From positions 448 through 64,447 of IMG/VR virus record IMGVR_UViG_3300049215_000407: DNA of 64,000 nucleotides. One strand, written 5' to 3'. Of this stretch, positions 16,938 to 26,286 are shown one piece after another. Position 1 is the first letter of the stretch; each line of letters begins with the position of its first letter. The position numbers and the translations under genes are program-made. The DNA comes from a virus (Duplodnaviria > Caudoviricetes). A model generated the notes under the pieces. That model was not told the DNA's origin, ran no database searches, and saw only the letters and a list, made by a program, of their open reading frames with translations.

Positions 16938-17125
16938 TCCAGTGGTGGATAACTGCCGATGGCGAAGAGGTCATCGTCTCGGACGTCAATGGAAACATTG
17001 TCGCTCGTCGACGAGCAACGACCGAACACGAGAGACGAGAATTCAACGAACGCGTGGTGTCTCCGATGAAATTCTTCGTCGACTGCGCAAACGAGGGTTA
17101 CGAAAAAAGGATGAATGAGAAATGA
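16934..17125 (+). CDS. hypothetical protein
   Basis: Coupled ORF. Confidence 0.5.
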   Translation: MIQWWITADGEEVIVSDVNGNIVARRRATTEHERREFNERVVSPMKFFVDCANEGYEKRMNEK

Positions 17126-17328
17126 CCGACCGAATCAAAGGTGTGTACGTGGCTTTTGACAGTGACATCCGCGATGACGATGCGGAACCGATCATCGAGG
17201 CCATCAAACAAATCCGGCACGTGCAGGGCGTCAAAGCCTTCGTTACGGAGCCCGCCGACTACTTCGCTCGCACACGTGTGCGCGCCGAAATCGCAACGAA
17301 ACTCGTGAACATTCTGAAAGAAGACTGA
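17122..17328 (+). CDS. hypothetical protein
   Basis: Coupled ORF. Confidence 0.55.
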   Translation: MTDRIKGVYVAFDSDIRDDDAEPIIEAIKQIRHVQGVKAFVTEPADYFARTRVRAEIATKLVNILKED

Positions 17329-17330
17329 CC

Positions 17331-17618
17331 ATGGCGAACAAGCACAACACTACAAACCCGAGACTCTGCGCGCTCCGCGTCGCGGATCCCGACGCATTCG
17401 TGAAGGAGGTCATCACCGCGATCGAAAAGCACGAGGGCAACATCGCGAAGGCGTCCGGCGAGCTCGACGTCGAGCGTCGGACCCTGTTCATGTGGCTGGA
17501 GGATTACCCGCAGCTCAAAAAGGCCACGACCGCCGCACGCAAGGTGAGGTACGCGGCGCTTCGCGAGAAATCCGACCGGATCATCGACGAACGCATCGCG
17601 GCCGACAAAGGCAAATGA
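17331..17618 (+). CDS. Fis-type HTH DNA-binding protein
   Basis: AIEKHEGNIAKASGELDVERRTLFMWL matches Fis/HTH_8 pattern. Confidence 0.7.
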   Translation: MANKHNTTNPRLCALRVADPDAFVKEVITAIEKHEGNIAKASGELDVERRTLFMWLEDYPQLKKATTAARKVRYAALREKSDRIIDERIAADKGK

Positions 17619-18094
17619 GCGCGCACGGCGTCAACGCAGGCGAAGCAAGATTTCCACGGGGACGCCGTTTCAAGCCGACCGGGCCGCTGATCCCTGGAGA
17701 ACGTTCGATGCCGATGGAGCTCGCTCGACGTGAGCCGCTCTCTCGACTCGCCGCGCGTTTCTTCGTCGGCCTGAACGTCGGCGTTGAAACGAAGTGGACG
17801 GAGCGCGATGTCGTGGATGCTGTCGTGCGGATCCGTCGTGCGCAGGGCGCGACTCCCGGCGCGAGCATCCTCTCGCAGCTCGGGATCTACGAAGACCAGT
17901 CGAAGCGCATCATCAACGAGCCGAGCGTCCAGATCATCATCATCGACTTCGACGGTACCGAGCAAGGTGCGTTCACGAAGGAGATGATCGCGCTCGGCGA
18001 GAAGCTCGCGCGCGAGCTCCAGCAAGAAACCGTGCTCCTCGAAATCCAACGCCGCGGCGTGGTCGAGGATCAATACACACTTACCCCTGATTGA
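17615..18094 (+). CDS. hypothetical protein, possible SAM-lyase/DUF3574-like fold
   Basis: GIYED..EPSVQI..LARELQQETVLL pattern. Confidence 0.4.
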   Translation: MSAHGVNAGEARFPRGRRFKPTGPLIPGERSMPMELARREPLSRLAARFFVGLNVGVETKWTERDVVDAVVRIRRAQGATPGASILSQLGIYEDQSKRIINEPSVQIIIIDFDGTEQGAFTKEMIALGEKLARELQQETVLLEIQRRGVVEDQYTLTPD

Positions 18095-18126
18095 CAGCAA
18101 GCAACAGCAGGAACGAGGAACGAACG

Positions 18127-18510
18127 ATGGCCTGGACAGAAGAAGACGTGAAAAAAATCATTACCAACCCGATCTATATCGGGATGGGGCCGTACTCACC
18201 GACCCTGACGAAAGAGCAATGGATCAAGGGCGCGAAGAAGTACATCAAAGATCAAGGCGCGGAAGACTTCCTCACGCACTTGGTCGACAACCTTCGTGAA
18301 GCGTTCGAGCCTGGAGCAAGCCCGTATGGCTACAAGAGGGTGATGCCGCCCAAGGTTTCACCATCCGAGGTTCAAACGATCCCTCAAGAAGTGAAACTGG
18401 TTGTGGACGTCGATCTCCAAGACGGCGACAAGATCCTTCTCACAAACCAAAACGAAGCGGTGGGCAACGGCGTCCGCATCATCCGACTGGAGGTGCCCAA
18501 TGCGAAGTAG
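18127..18510 (+). CDS. hypothetical protein
   Basis: GAGGAACGAACGATG start; C-terminus resembles fibre motif of 20646. Confidence 0.55.
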   Translation: MAWTEEDVKKIITNPIYIGMGPYSPTLTKEQWIKGAKKYIKDQGAEDFLTHLVDNLREAFEPGASPYGYKRVMPPKVSPSEVQTIPQEVKLVVDVDLQDGDKILLTNQNEAVGNGVRIIRLEVPNAK

Positions 18511-18988
18511 CTCTCTCCTTCTTCTCACGCTCACCGCGTGCAGCGGCGACTACTTCACTGGCATCTCCGAAGGTGGACTACCCGAGGGCGATTCGAGCTC
18601 CGAGTCGTCCACCGACGTCGATTCCGGCACAAATCCCGGTGATGGAAGTGGACTAGACGCGCGCGAAACCGGCGACAATGCGTCCACCGACGCGGGCGCA
18701 GACGCCAAGCCCGATGGTCCGTGCCCCACGGGATTTGCTGCGTGCGACGATGCGATCACGGCGTGGTGCTCGCGCATGGCGGCGTGCTGCAACGGGCAGT
18801 GTCTCTACGCGTGGCAAAACGCAGGCGGCTCGCAGTGCGCAGCGGTCCTCAGTACAGGCGGATGCTCGGGCAAGATGATCTGCGAGAACGCGTGCCTTGC
18901 CGACATCCAGAGCGCGAGCTGCACGACGATCAAGGGAACGCCGTCGCCTCCCTACGTCGCGTCTTCTTGCATGAGTCTCTGGCAATGA
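18500..18988 (+). CDS. Cys-rich lipoprotein
   Basis: Lipobox LTLTAC; DAGADA linker; about 12 Cys. Confidence 0.7.
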   Translation: MRSSSLLLLTLTACSGDYFTGISEGGLPEGDSSSESSTDVDSGTNPGDGSGLDARETGDNASTDAGADAKPDGPCPTGFAACDDAITAWCSRMAACCNGQCLYAWQNAGGSQCAAVLSTGGCSGKMICENACLADIQSASCTTIKGTPSPPYVASSCMSLWQ

Positions 18989-19197
18989 GACGGATGTCGC
19001 TCAAACGAACTGAGGGCATTTTGGTGTCGCTCTACCGAACCCTACCCGACCGCGGCGTTGAGCTCCCCGAGCTTGTCGAGGACATCTTCATCGATCCCGA
19101 AAACGGAAGCGACAAGACGGGCGACGGTTCGGCGGCGAAGCCGTTCAAGAGCGTGCTCCCCCTCGAACGTCTTTGGCCGAAGCGGGTGATGCCGTGA
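18985..19197 (+). CDS. small protein with DUF1565-like motif
   Basis: IFIDPENGSDKTGDGSAAKPFKS. Confidence 0.5.
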   Translation: MRRMSLKRTEGILVSLYRTLPDRGVELPELVEDIFIDPENGSDKTGDGSAAKPFKSVLPLERLWPKRVMP

Positions 19198-19349
19198 AGA
19201 AACGCAAATGCGACTCGTGCGGAAGGTTCGCCGTCTGCGTCGGCCAATTCGACGGTTCGTGCACGCCGACCTACGCGTGCGACGAATGCTGCGATCACGA
19301 AGAGGGCGTAGACGGTGAGTGCGCGCCTCTGGAGCCCGAAGAACCATGA
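19194..19349 (+). CDS. small Cys-rich protein
   Basis: CDSC..ACDECC; coupled on both sides. Confidence 0.45.
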   Translation: MKKRKCDSCGRFAVCVGQFDGSCTPTYACDECCDHEEGVDGECAPLEPEEP

Positions 19350-19528
19350 ACGTCGGCCTGGAGCTCGCGATCGCGTTCGCATGGGCGAGGTGGAACGCTG
19401 CCTGTCAGAAGGCACTCAACGAAAACATCACGATGGGCGAACCCTCCGAAGAGACGATGACCCGCGTTGAAGCGCTCGAAGAGACGTACAACCACCTCGT
19501 GGAAGCGAAGCGAACCCATGGGTCGTGA
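19346..19528 (+). CDS. hypothetical protein
   Basis: Coupled ORF. Confidence 0.45.
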   Translation: MNVGLELAIAFAWARWNAACQKALNENITMGEPSEETMTRVEALEETYNHLVEAKRTHGS

Positions 19529-19682
19529 TCCCGCGGCGTGGATGATCGGCTTCTGCGTCTTGCTCCAAATCTTCGGTGCGTGCGGCACGTGTGGGATCAC
19601 GTACTCGGAGCCGTTCTGCGATCCCTCAAGGCCCGAGTGCGTGAGCGACAGCGGCACTGTCTCCGAGCAAAACCATGAGTGA
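19518..19682 (+). CDS. small membrane/lipoprotein-like protein
   Basis: Hydrophobic N-terminus, Cys-rich. Confidence 0.4.
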   Translation: MGRDPAAWMIGFCVLLQIFGACGTCGITYSEPFCDPSRPECVSDSGTVSEQNHE

Positions 19683-19983
19683 CATGCTCCGCTCGACGCT
19701 CGGCGTCGCGATTCCTTTGTGGGTGTTCGAGCTCAAGAAGCTCCCGTGGCCCGAGATCGAGAAGATCGCGCACGAGTCATCGCAGATCATCGCTGAGAAG
19801 GGCGACGTGCTGCAGTTCAGAAGCAAAAAGAAAGGCGAGACCGCGGCGGCGTTCAACGCGCTTGCGAAGGGGCTCGCTGCGCTCTCGTTCTGTCCGGGTG
19901 GCGTCACCTTTCTCGGCGACCACTACGAGAACAAGCACGAAGGAGCTCAGTACGGGCACTCTTCGTCGTCGTCTTCGACGTGA
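19675..19983 (+). CDS. hypothetical protein
   Basis: GDVLQF..AFNALAKGLAALSFCPGGVTFLG. Confidence 0.6.
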   Translation: MSDMLRSTLGVAIPLWVFELKKLPWPEIEKIAHESSQIIAEKGDVLQFRSKKKGETAAAFNALAKGLAALSFCPGGVTFLGDHYENKHEGAQYGHSSSSSST

Positions 19984-20504
19984 ACCTCTTTGAGGAGCTT
20001 CTTCGCGAAGCCCATCCGAAAGTCCGAGAGCTTCTGTCCTTCGGCGGTCCAGCGCCCGCGCGCGTAGACGCAGAGCGGACACTTGCCCTCTTTGTTCTCC
20101 TTGCTCACGATCGACGACTTCACGAGCCGGCGTGCGACCGTGATGCACTTCTTCGCATCGGCGGCGAGCTCGGGGCCGGTCCAGCCTTCGATCGTCTTTT
20201 GTCCTTGCGGAAGATGAATCTGAAACGCGCACCACGACTGCGCGCCGGTCTTGGCGGTGCATTTCGGATCGCCGGGACCCATGCCCGGACAATCGCCTAC
20301 TGCCTCCGGGACGTTGCCGCCTTCGATCCATGCGAGCGACGACATGAGCCCCGCGTCCTTGAGCGCGCCGTCGACTCCCTCGAACATCGGCTTCACGTTG
20401 ATCTGGTCAGCGAGCTCGTCGACGAACGGTTTCGGCAGTGATCGATGTCCCGCGGATGCAAAGAGCGACGCAGCAAGCAGCCAGGAAATGAGGATTTTCA
20501 CCAT
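19947..20504 (-). CDS. secreted lysozyme/lytic-transglycosylase-like protein (endolysin candidate)
   Basis: Signal peptide; AWIEGG..AVGD..SWCAFQIH SLT-like pattern. Confidence 0.55.
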   Translation of the reverse strand: MVKILISWLLAASLFASAGHRSLPKPFVDELADQINVKPMFEGVDGALKDAGLMSSLAWIEGGNVPEAVGDCPGMGPGDPKCTAKTGAQSWCAFQIHLPQGQKTIEGWTGPELAADAKKCITVARRLVKSSIVSKENKEGKCPLCVYARGRWTAEGQKLSDFRMGFAKKLLKEVHVEDDDEECPY

Positions 20505-20514
20505 GGTGCTTCCT

Positions 20515-20543
20515 CGCGTAGCTCGTCACTCAAGCGGGGTCAA
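20515..20543 (-). promoter_or_regulatory. sigma70-like promoter with ACTCAAGCG operator in spacer
   Basis: Minus strand TTGACC-N17-TACGCG; ACTCAAGCG at 20528-20536. Confidence 0.5.
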
Positions 20544-20645
20544 ATTCTCCGACTTGCCGCGCGAGCGTACACCGTGCGATGCTTCTTCCATCCGATGCGT
20601 GCTCGGTAAGCACGAACGCGGCGCAAGCCGAACCTAGGAGTCACC

Positions 20646-21299
20646 ATGTCTCAACCCGGCCCCCATCAAGGTCCCAACGGCAACAACTGGCGTGAATTCA
20701 TCGAGGCGCTTCTCAATCGCGTAAGGGCGATGGCCGCGAGCGCGCTCGCAAACACGGCGACTTTTCACGCGCCCGTGCTCGCTGTCGCAACGGTGAACCA
20801 CGTCATCACAGGTCTCGTGGCTGTGGACGGCGTGGCCGTCGTCGACGGAAGCCGTGTCCTTCTCGCCAACCAGCAAAATCTGCCCGAAAACGGAATCTGG
20901 GTTGCACACGCGGGTGCATGGACGCGACCCTCGGATTGGGCGAGCGGATCGACCAGACTAGCAGGCGAAGTGATCACGGTCGCTCCGGGCGGTGCAACCT
21001 TCCCGAGGTTCGGTGGTTGCTGGCGTCCGATGAACACGTTCGTCGTCGACGCAGGAGTTTCTGATCCGATCATCTTTCCGCGCGAGGACAAAGGCACCGG
21101 CGTACTTGACCTCGCGCTCGTCGATCGCTGGATTTTCGCAGGCGCGATCGCGACCGCGAACGACACCACGGTGGGCGCAGTCGCAGCACTCAACGTCACC
21201 GCCGTGACACCCGGAGCGGGTGACGGTCGAGCGAACGGTGCTCTCACGATCGACGGCACCGCAGGTCATACGGTCGGATTCACCATCCTCAACTACTGA
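20646..21299 (+). CDS. virion fibre/decoration-like protein
   Basis: VDGVAVVDGSRVLLANQ..ENGIWV..GAWTR motif typical of phage fibre proteins. Confidence 0.7.
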   Translation: MSQPGPHQGPNGNNWREFIEALLNRVRAMAASALANTATFHAPVLAVATVNHVITGLVAVDGVAVVDGSRVLLANQQNLPENGIWVAHAGAWTRPSDWASGSTRLAGEVITVAPGGATFPRFGGCWRPMNTFVVDAGVSDPIIFPREDKGTGVLDLALVDRWIFAGAIATANDTTVGAVAALNVTAVTPGAGDGRANGALTIDGTAGHTVGFTILNY

Positions 21300-21307
21300 C
21301 CGAGGTA

Positions 21308-21340
21308 GCGAGGCAGCGAAAATCGAAGTCGTTGCCTCGC
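21308..21340 (+). other. intergenic hairpin
   Basis: GCGAGGCAGCGA/TCGTTGCCTCGC 12-bp stem. Confidence 0.5.
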
Positions 21341-21374
21341 GCTCCCCTTCTACGCGAAGAAAGAGGATTGAGCG

Positions 21375-23174
21375 ATGGCATCCAGTGCAGAATACGCGCC
21401 GATCATTGCGGCACTCGAACGAATCGATGCGCTTCTCGCGATGGCTCGCGCAATCGCGGTGGGCGCAGCGTCGATCGCATCGGCGGGCGTAGGATTCGAC
21501 GGACCCTCTGTCGCGAATCAAGCCGCAGCGACGGCGCTGCCGCTCTCGACGTACGCGACGGCGCGTTTCGTCTACACGCGCGCGCAAGAAGCGATCTGGC
21601 AGTACATCCCTGGTGTCCCTGGCACCGTGGGCGTGCCCGCACTCAAAGCGGATGAAGTCATCGCCGCAGCGGGCGGCGTGCTCGCGCGCACAACGTACTC
21701 CTCGCCGAAATGGCGCACGGATGTGAACGACGTCTTCATCGATCCGGCGAATCCTGCCGCGAGCAACGAGAACGACGGCTTCACGGCGCTCACACCGCTC
21801 CTCACGGGCTACGAGCTCCATCGTCGATGGGGTTGGGACGCGTCGAGGCCGATCGTTGGATGCAACCTCGCGACGTCGCCGGACGGCTTCACGCACGTCC
21901 GAGTGCAGAGCGATCTCGTATCGCCGGATTCACTTCCCATCAAGATCACAATCGCGCACGACTCGCTTTTGCAAATCGAGTCTCCGCTCCTTGCGGCGAA
22001 CATTCTTCGTACTGCGGTACTCACCAACGCCGTCACACCGATGAACCGTGCGGTGCCGCTTGGAGGAACACGTCTACGGATCCAAGACAACACGCTCGCG
22101 AACTGGACCGCGTTCATGGCCTTCAACCGCCGCGTGCGCTTCCTCGATGGCCCCGCTGGTCCTGGACCCGGCACACTCACGGGCGGAACCCTCCAACCGC
22201 AAACGAATCAAGCGGGCGGCGCGGTCGACTGCTCCGCGTGCCAGACGACGAGCCCCAGCGCATTTTCTTTTACACCAACAGCGGTGACGCCTGCGGTGGG
22301 AAACACCTACGTCGTCGAACAGCTCGTGCAGGTGAATCTGGGTGAGATCGACATCGCGCAAGAATTGAACCCGACCTTCGGCGGCTACAACGCGATCGTT
22401 TATTTCCTCAATATCAACCTGCCTTCGATCGGAGGACAGTCGTGGGCTCCGCAATCGAACGGCCTCGGGCTCTTTGCTGGCGTCGAGTTGATTTTCTTCC
22501 AGTGCACGATCGATCGCAGCATTGATGGGAGCGCGGGCAACGTCGTGCTCAACGCCTGCTACGGATCGCAAGGTGCTTTCAGCACGGGCGGACACCAACA
22601 ACAGTTCATCGTCGGCGGCGGATGGAACGGCGGCATCGCAGGATCGGGCGTACAGATCGCCATCAACGGTCAGGGCGGCTCGTTCGAGACGGCGATCGAC
22701 TTCGATGCCGTCTTCAACCTTGCTTTCATCGTCGCGATTACCGGTCCCGTGCGCAGCTTCGCGAGCTGGAACGCAGCAGTTACGGGAGGTCTGAACGCAG
22801 GGGGCCATGGTGTGATGATCGGTGGGGGTGGTCCAAGCACGTTCTTCGGGATGCGCGGCGACGCGCAGTGCAAAGGAACGATCTGGGGCAACAGCACAAC
22901 GGCGACGGCCACTGGTTTGCTGGTTTGCGCCTCGTGCAACGGCATCGGTGCGCCGCAAAACATCACCGGTCCCACGAGTGACTTCAAGCTCGGGAACAAA
23001 ATCCTCGGGTGGTTCTTCAACGACGTCACGACCGCATACGCTCCGGTCGGCGCAGCGGGCGTGCCTACGACGTGGGCGGCACTCACGGCGGCCGAGGGCG
23101 CGGCGGGCTTCGGCGGCAACGCTCACGAGCTCGACTCCAACAGTCACTTCGTCGCGGCCGAGACGACAGCGTAA
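21375..23174 (+). CDS. spike/receptor-binding-like beta-rich virion protein
   Basis: 599 aa, Gly/Ala/Asn/Thr-rich, VFIDP..SNENDG motif. Confidence 0.65.
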   Translation: MASSAEYAPIIAALERIDALLAMARAIAVGAASIASAGVGFDGPSVANQAAATALPLSTYATARFVYTRAQEAIWQYIPGVPGTVGVPALKADEVIAAAGGVLARTTYSSPKWRTDVNDVFIDPANPAASNENDGFTALTPLLTGYELHRRWGWDASRPIVGCNLATSPDGFTHVRVQSDLVSPDSLPIKITIAHDSLLQIESPLLAANILRTAVLTNAVTPMNRAVPLGGTRLRIQDNTLANWTAFMAFNRRVRFLDGPAGPGPGTLTGGTLQPQTNQAGGAVDCSACQTTSPSAFSFTPTAVTPAVGNTYVVEQLVQVNLGEIDIAQELNPTFGGYNAIVYFLNINLPSIGGQSWAPQSNGLGLFAGVELIFFQCTIDRSIDGSAGNVVLNACYGSQGAFSTGGHQQQFIVGGGWNGGIAGSGVQIAINGQGGSFETAIDFDAVFNLAFIVAITGPVRSFASWNAAVTGGLNAGGHGVMIGGGGPSTFFGMRGDAQCKGTIWGNSTTATATGLLVCASCNGIGAPQNITGPTSDFKLGNKILGWFFNDVTTAYAPVGAAGVPTTWAALTAAEGAAGFGGNAHELDSNSHFVAAETTA

Positions 23175-23182
23175 GGAGAGCC

Positions 23183-23638
23183 ATGGGTACCTATCGAGAA
23201 GCAGTTCTTCACGCTCGCCGCGGCGGCACCGCTCGCCTTGGCGGCAAAGAAATTCGGTTCCTCACCTTCGAGGAGGCCGAGCCGATCATCCTGGAACAGT
23301 GCCCGTCACGCGCGACGCGTATCGACTCGAAGACGGGGAAAGCAGCCATCAAGAACGGCAAGATTATCGTCGACACGTTCGCCGATCCGAAACTCGATTT
23401 GAAGCGCTTCGGGCTCTACGACGTCGGCGTGCATCCTGCCGTGCAGCTCGCAACGAGCGACGAAGACATCTACCTCCCCGTCGAGCTCGACGAAGACGGC
23501 AAAGAGAAACCTCGCGCCCTTCGTACCGACTGGGAGATCCTCAAGGACGGAGCCGCTCCCGAGGAACCTGCCGTCATCGATCCCGAAGCCGTCGACGAGG
23601 CTCTTCACGAGACGGACCCGCCGCCCGAAACGCTATGA
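23183..23638 (+). CDS. hypothetical protein
   Basis: AAGGAG SD. Confidence 0.6.
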   Translation: MGTYREAVLHARRGGTARLGGKEIRFLTFEEAEPIILEQCPSRATRIDSKTGKAAIKNGKIIVDTFADPKLDLKRFGLYDVGVHPAVQLATSDEDIYLPVELDEDGKEKPRALRTDWEILKDGAAPEEPAVIDPEAVDEALHETDPPPETL

Positions 23639-24096
23639 AAGAATTTCTCGAACGCATCGAAGCGCTTCTCGCACTCACTCTCTCGCGAGCAACGTCAGCG
23701 ATCTCGCAGATCACAAGTCTGATCACGGGTGTGGGTACGCCCATTCTCGGGACCATCATCCCGCTCGCCAACGATGGCCTCGCACACACCATCGTTTCGG
23801 TCGATGTGAGCGCGGAGCACCCGATCATCATCAACGTGACCTACATGGTTCGAGATCCAATTCTGGACCGCGACATGTGGCAGACGACTCGTTCCACGGT
23901 CAACGGCGGTCCAGCTCCGGTCCTCGTTGCTACGGCGAGCGAATTTCTCGTCACGCAGCCGGGCTTCGTGAATCCGCCTCTCGTTGGAGCTCCGGTTCTC
24001 GTGGGGACCACCGTGAACTTCGTCATCACGAATCCGATCGCGGGCAACCCGGTCAACGCGCAAGCGACCGCCGTGGTGCGAACCGGCATCGTATGA
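23635..24096 (+). CDS. beta-rich virion-like protein
   Basis: N-terminal EFLERIEALL helix shared with 20646/21375. Confidence 0.6.
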   Translation: MKEFLERIEALLALTLSRATSAISQITSLITGVGTPILGTIIPLANDGLAHTIVSVDVSAEHPIIINVTYMVRDPILDRDMWQTTRSTVNGGPAPVLVATASEFLVTQPGFVNPPLVGAPVLVGTTVNFVITNPIAGNPVNAQATAVVRTGIV

Positions 24097-24392
24097 AATT
24101 CGCGCTCGCCCCTCGTATGCCGCGCATCCGCATGCGCCGCTACCAGCAAAACCTTGCTGGCATCGACGATCAATGGATCGACGTCGGTGCGGGCGTCGCG
24201 AGCTTGCTCTTCTTTGCGACGGGAGCGCGAAGACTCGCGGGGGCGGTGAGCATCGCGGAAAGTGCGTGGCTCCTCTCGCGAAACAAAAACATCTCGGGAT
24301 GGGCGGGCCTCATCATCGGCGCGAGCTTCTTGCTCTTCCCGACGTGGCCGGAGCGTCTACTCACGCCTGCGAAGACCGACACGGGCGCGTAA
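24093..24392 (+). CDS. membrane protein
   Basis: Basic N-terminus, 2-3 hydrophobic segments. Confidence 0.55.
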   Translation: MKFALAPRMPRIRMRRYQQNLAGIDDQWIDVGAGVASLLFFATGARRLAGAVSIAESAWLLSRNKNISGWAGLIIGASFLLFPTWPERLLTPAKTDTGA

Positions 24393-24411
24393 CCGCGATA
24401 CGCTAAGGGTC

Positions 24412-24669
24412 GTGCCCGACGACAAGGACGATCCGGACAAGACGCCTGTTCGCTCGCCGAGTGGCCTGCGGAAGCTGGGGCACGTCCCTTGTCCGAAGTG
24501 CACGCATCCGCCGTACATCTACGAGTGCGATCTCTGCTTGAACGAGGACGGATTTTGCACGCGCGGCGTGCCTCTCGACGTCGCCGTGCGTTGGACCAAA
24601 GAGCCGCACAAGAGCCGTTTTCAGATCGAAGCCGATCGCGACCGCGACAAGCCACCCAAGAAAGTCTAG
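24412..24669 (+). CDS. small Zn-finger protein
   Basis: CPKC..CDLC. Confidence 0.45.
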   Translation: MPDDKDDPDKTPVRSPSGLRKLGHVPCPKCTHPPYIYECDLCLNEDGFCTRGVPLDVAVRWTKEPHKSRFQIEADRDRDKPPKKV

Positions 24670-24678
24670 ACTTTTCCC

Positions 24679-25056
24679 GTGGCTCACCGGACTCGAAGGT
24701 ACTTGTCCAACCCGGCAGCTTGGAGCGAGCTCTCCCTCAACCAAAAAATCGCGGGCGGAGTCGGTTTTGCTGCCACGCTCGTTGCAACGTACTTTTCGAT
24801 CAACGATCTTTTCCCTCAAGGTCTCATCGGTTCTCCGTCACGAGCGGACTGGGCAAAGCACGAGACAAAACGAACAGCCATCCTCGTATCGAGTGGTGTC
24901 GCGGCAATCGCTGGAGCTGGTGTTGCTCTCACTTCTCAAGGAAAATTCGCTTCGCTACTGTTCGGCGGATTCATGGCGCTCCTCGGAGTGACAACATTCG
25001 CGATCGCGTGGCCGGACGAACCTCCGAAACAATTTTCCGACTCACCTTCACCGTAG
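24679..25056 (+). CDS. three-TM membrane protein with RRYLSNP N-terminus
   Basis: Hydrophobic segments; TAGACT 6 nt upstream. Confidence 0.6.
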   Translation: MAHRTRRYLSNPAAWSELSLNQKIAGGVGFAATLVATYFSINDLFPQGLIGSPSRADWAKHETKRTAILVSSGVAAIAGAGVALTSQGKFASLLFGGFMALLGVTTFAIAWPDEPPKQFSDSPSP

Positions 25057-25065
25057 GATTTTCAC

Positions 25066-25860
25066 GTGCTCCCTTTTGGCTGGACCTCCAAAGATCTCGA
25101 TCAAGCTGCGGATCTCGCCGCGAGCTACGGCGCGCCACTCGAAGATGCGCTCGGGATTTGGTTCTCCGAGTCGGGGCTCAACTGGCGAAACTCGAACGTC
25201 GGCTATTACGGCCTCATCATGGGGCTCCCGAGCTTCGTCGATCAGACCGCGGGTATGGTGCCGGGCACTTGGCAGAGAATCGTCACGAATGATTCGCTCT
25301 CCACGCAGCTCGCCGCCATCAAGCGCTTCTGGGACGCGCAAATTCGGACGTGGCTCGGCGCGAAGGCTGGCCAAGAGGAGAGCGTACTCAAGACGAGAGC
25401 GAATGCGCTCGGCGTGACCCCCGCGGGCTTGCTCTACTCCCTCAACTTCGTTCCGGCGTGGGCGTCGCGCGCGAAAACCGCAGACGGGATGCTCGTGCGC
25501 AGCGCGGAGCTCGGCGGTGGCGATCCGAATGCACCCGACTCAGAAGCCCGCTACTACAAAGACAACGCGCCGATTGATGTCACCAAAAAGGGCTACATCT
25601 CGCTCCGCGACATGGATCTCAGGATTTCTGCATTCAAAAACCGCGCGCGCAATTCGACAGCCACGAGAGATCTCTTCACGGAGGGATCCGACATCATTCC
25701 GGCGAGCTACACATCGAGCTCGGACTCGGAAGCTTCTTCGTCGTCGAAGTCGTCGAAGTCGAGTTTCTCGGTGTGGCCGGTGATTTTTGCGGGCACGATC
25801 ATCTTCGGTGGGCTCTTTGTTGGTCTGCACTACCTCGAAAAAGCGATCCCGAAATCATGA
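25066..25860 (+). CDS. membrane-anchored lysozyme-like (SLT-like) protein
   Basis: WFSESGL..YYGLI..QL..YKDNAPIDVTKKGYIS; Ser linker and C-terminal TM. Confidence 0.6.
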   Translation: MLPFGWTSKDLDQAADLAASYGAPLEDALGIWFSESGLNWRNSNVGYYGLIMGLPSFVDQTAGMVPGTWQRIVTNDSLSTQLAAIKRFWDAQIRTWLGAKAGQEESVLKTRANALGVTPAGLLYSLNFVPAWASRAKTADGMLVRSAELGGGDPNAPDSEARYYKDNAPIDVTKKGYISLRDMDLRISAFKNRARNSTATRDLFTEGSDIIPASYTSSSDSEASSSSKSSKSSFSVWPVIFAGTIIFGGLFVGLHYLEKAIPKS

Positions 25861-26276
25861 AGGAGCCCGCGAAAGCTGCGCTCATCGCGGGAGGAGGTCT
25901 TGGCCTTCTCGCGGCTCTCGTATGGGGCTTCACGCGAAACAAAAACTCGGAGAGCTCGGGCAAGCACGAGAACGCCGACGTCACGCCTCCGGATGGAGTC
26001 GCCGCGCTTCCCCAATCGACGACGATCACGCGCACGTCGTGTCTGGAGTGCGTCGAGAAGCATCTCGGCGCTGCGCTCGTGCTCTCCGCAGAAGAACGCG
26101 ACGGTTACCCGTATCGCTTGCGCGTGATCGGGCACCTTCACGAAGCCGAAGACGAAAGCCAGGCGTGGCCCGCGCTCCATACTGCAATTCGAGAGGCTCG
26201 AAAGCGCTACCAGCACACCGGGCAAGCTCCCAACTTCGATGCGCTCGCGCAGATCGCTGATAGCATTTCGAGATGA
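25857..26276 (+). CDS. N-terminally anchored protein with CxxC-KH motif
   Basis: LIAGGGLG TM; SCLECVEKHL..GHLHEAEDE. Confidence 0.6.
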   Translation: MKEPAKAALIAGGGLGLLAALVWGFTRNKNSESSGKHENADVTPPDGVAALPQSTTITRTSCLECVEKHLGAALVLSAEERDGYPYRLRVIGHLHEAEDESQAWPALHTAIREARKRYQHTGQAPNFDALAQIADSISR

Positions 26277-26286
26277 GGTGCCCGTC

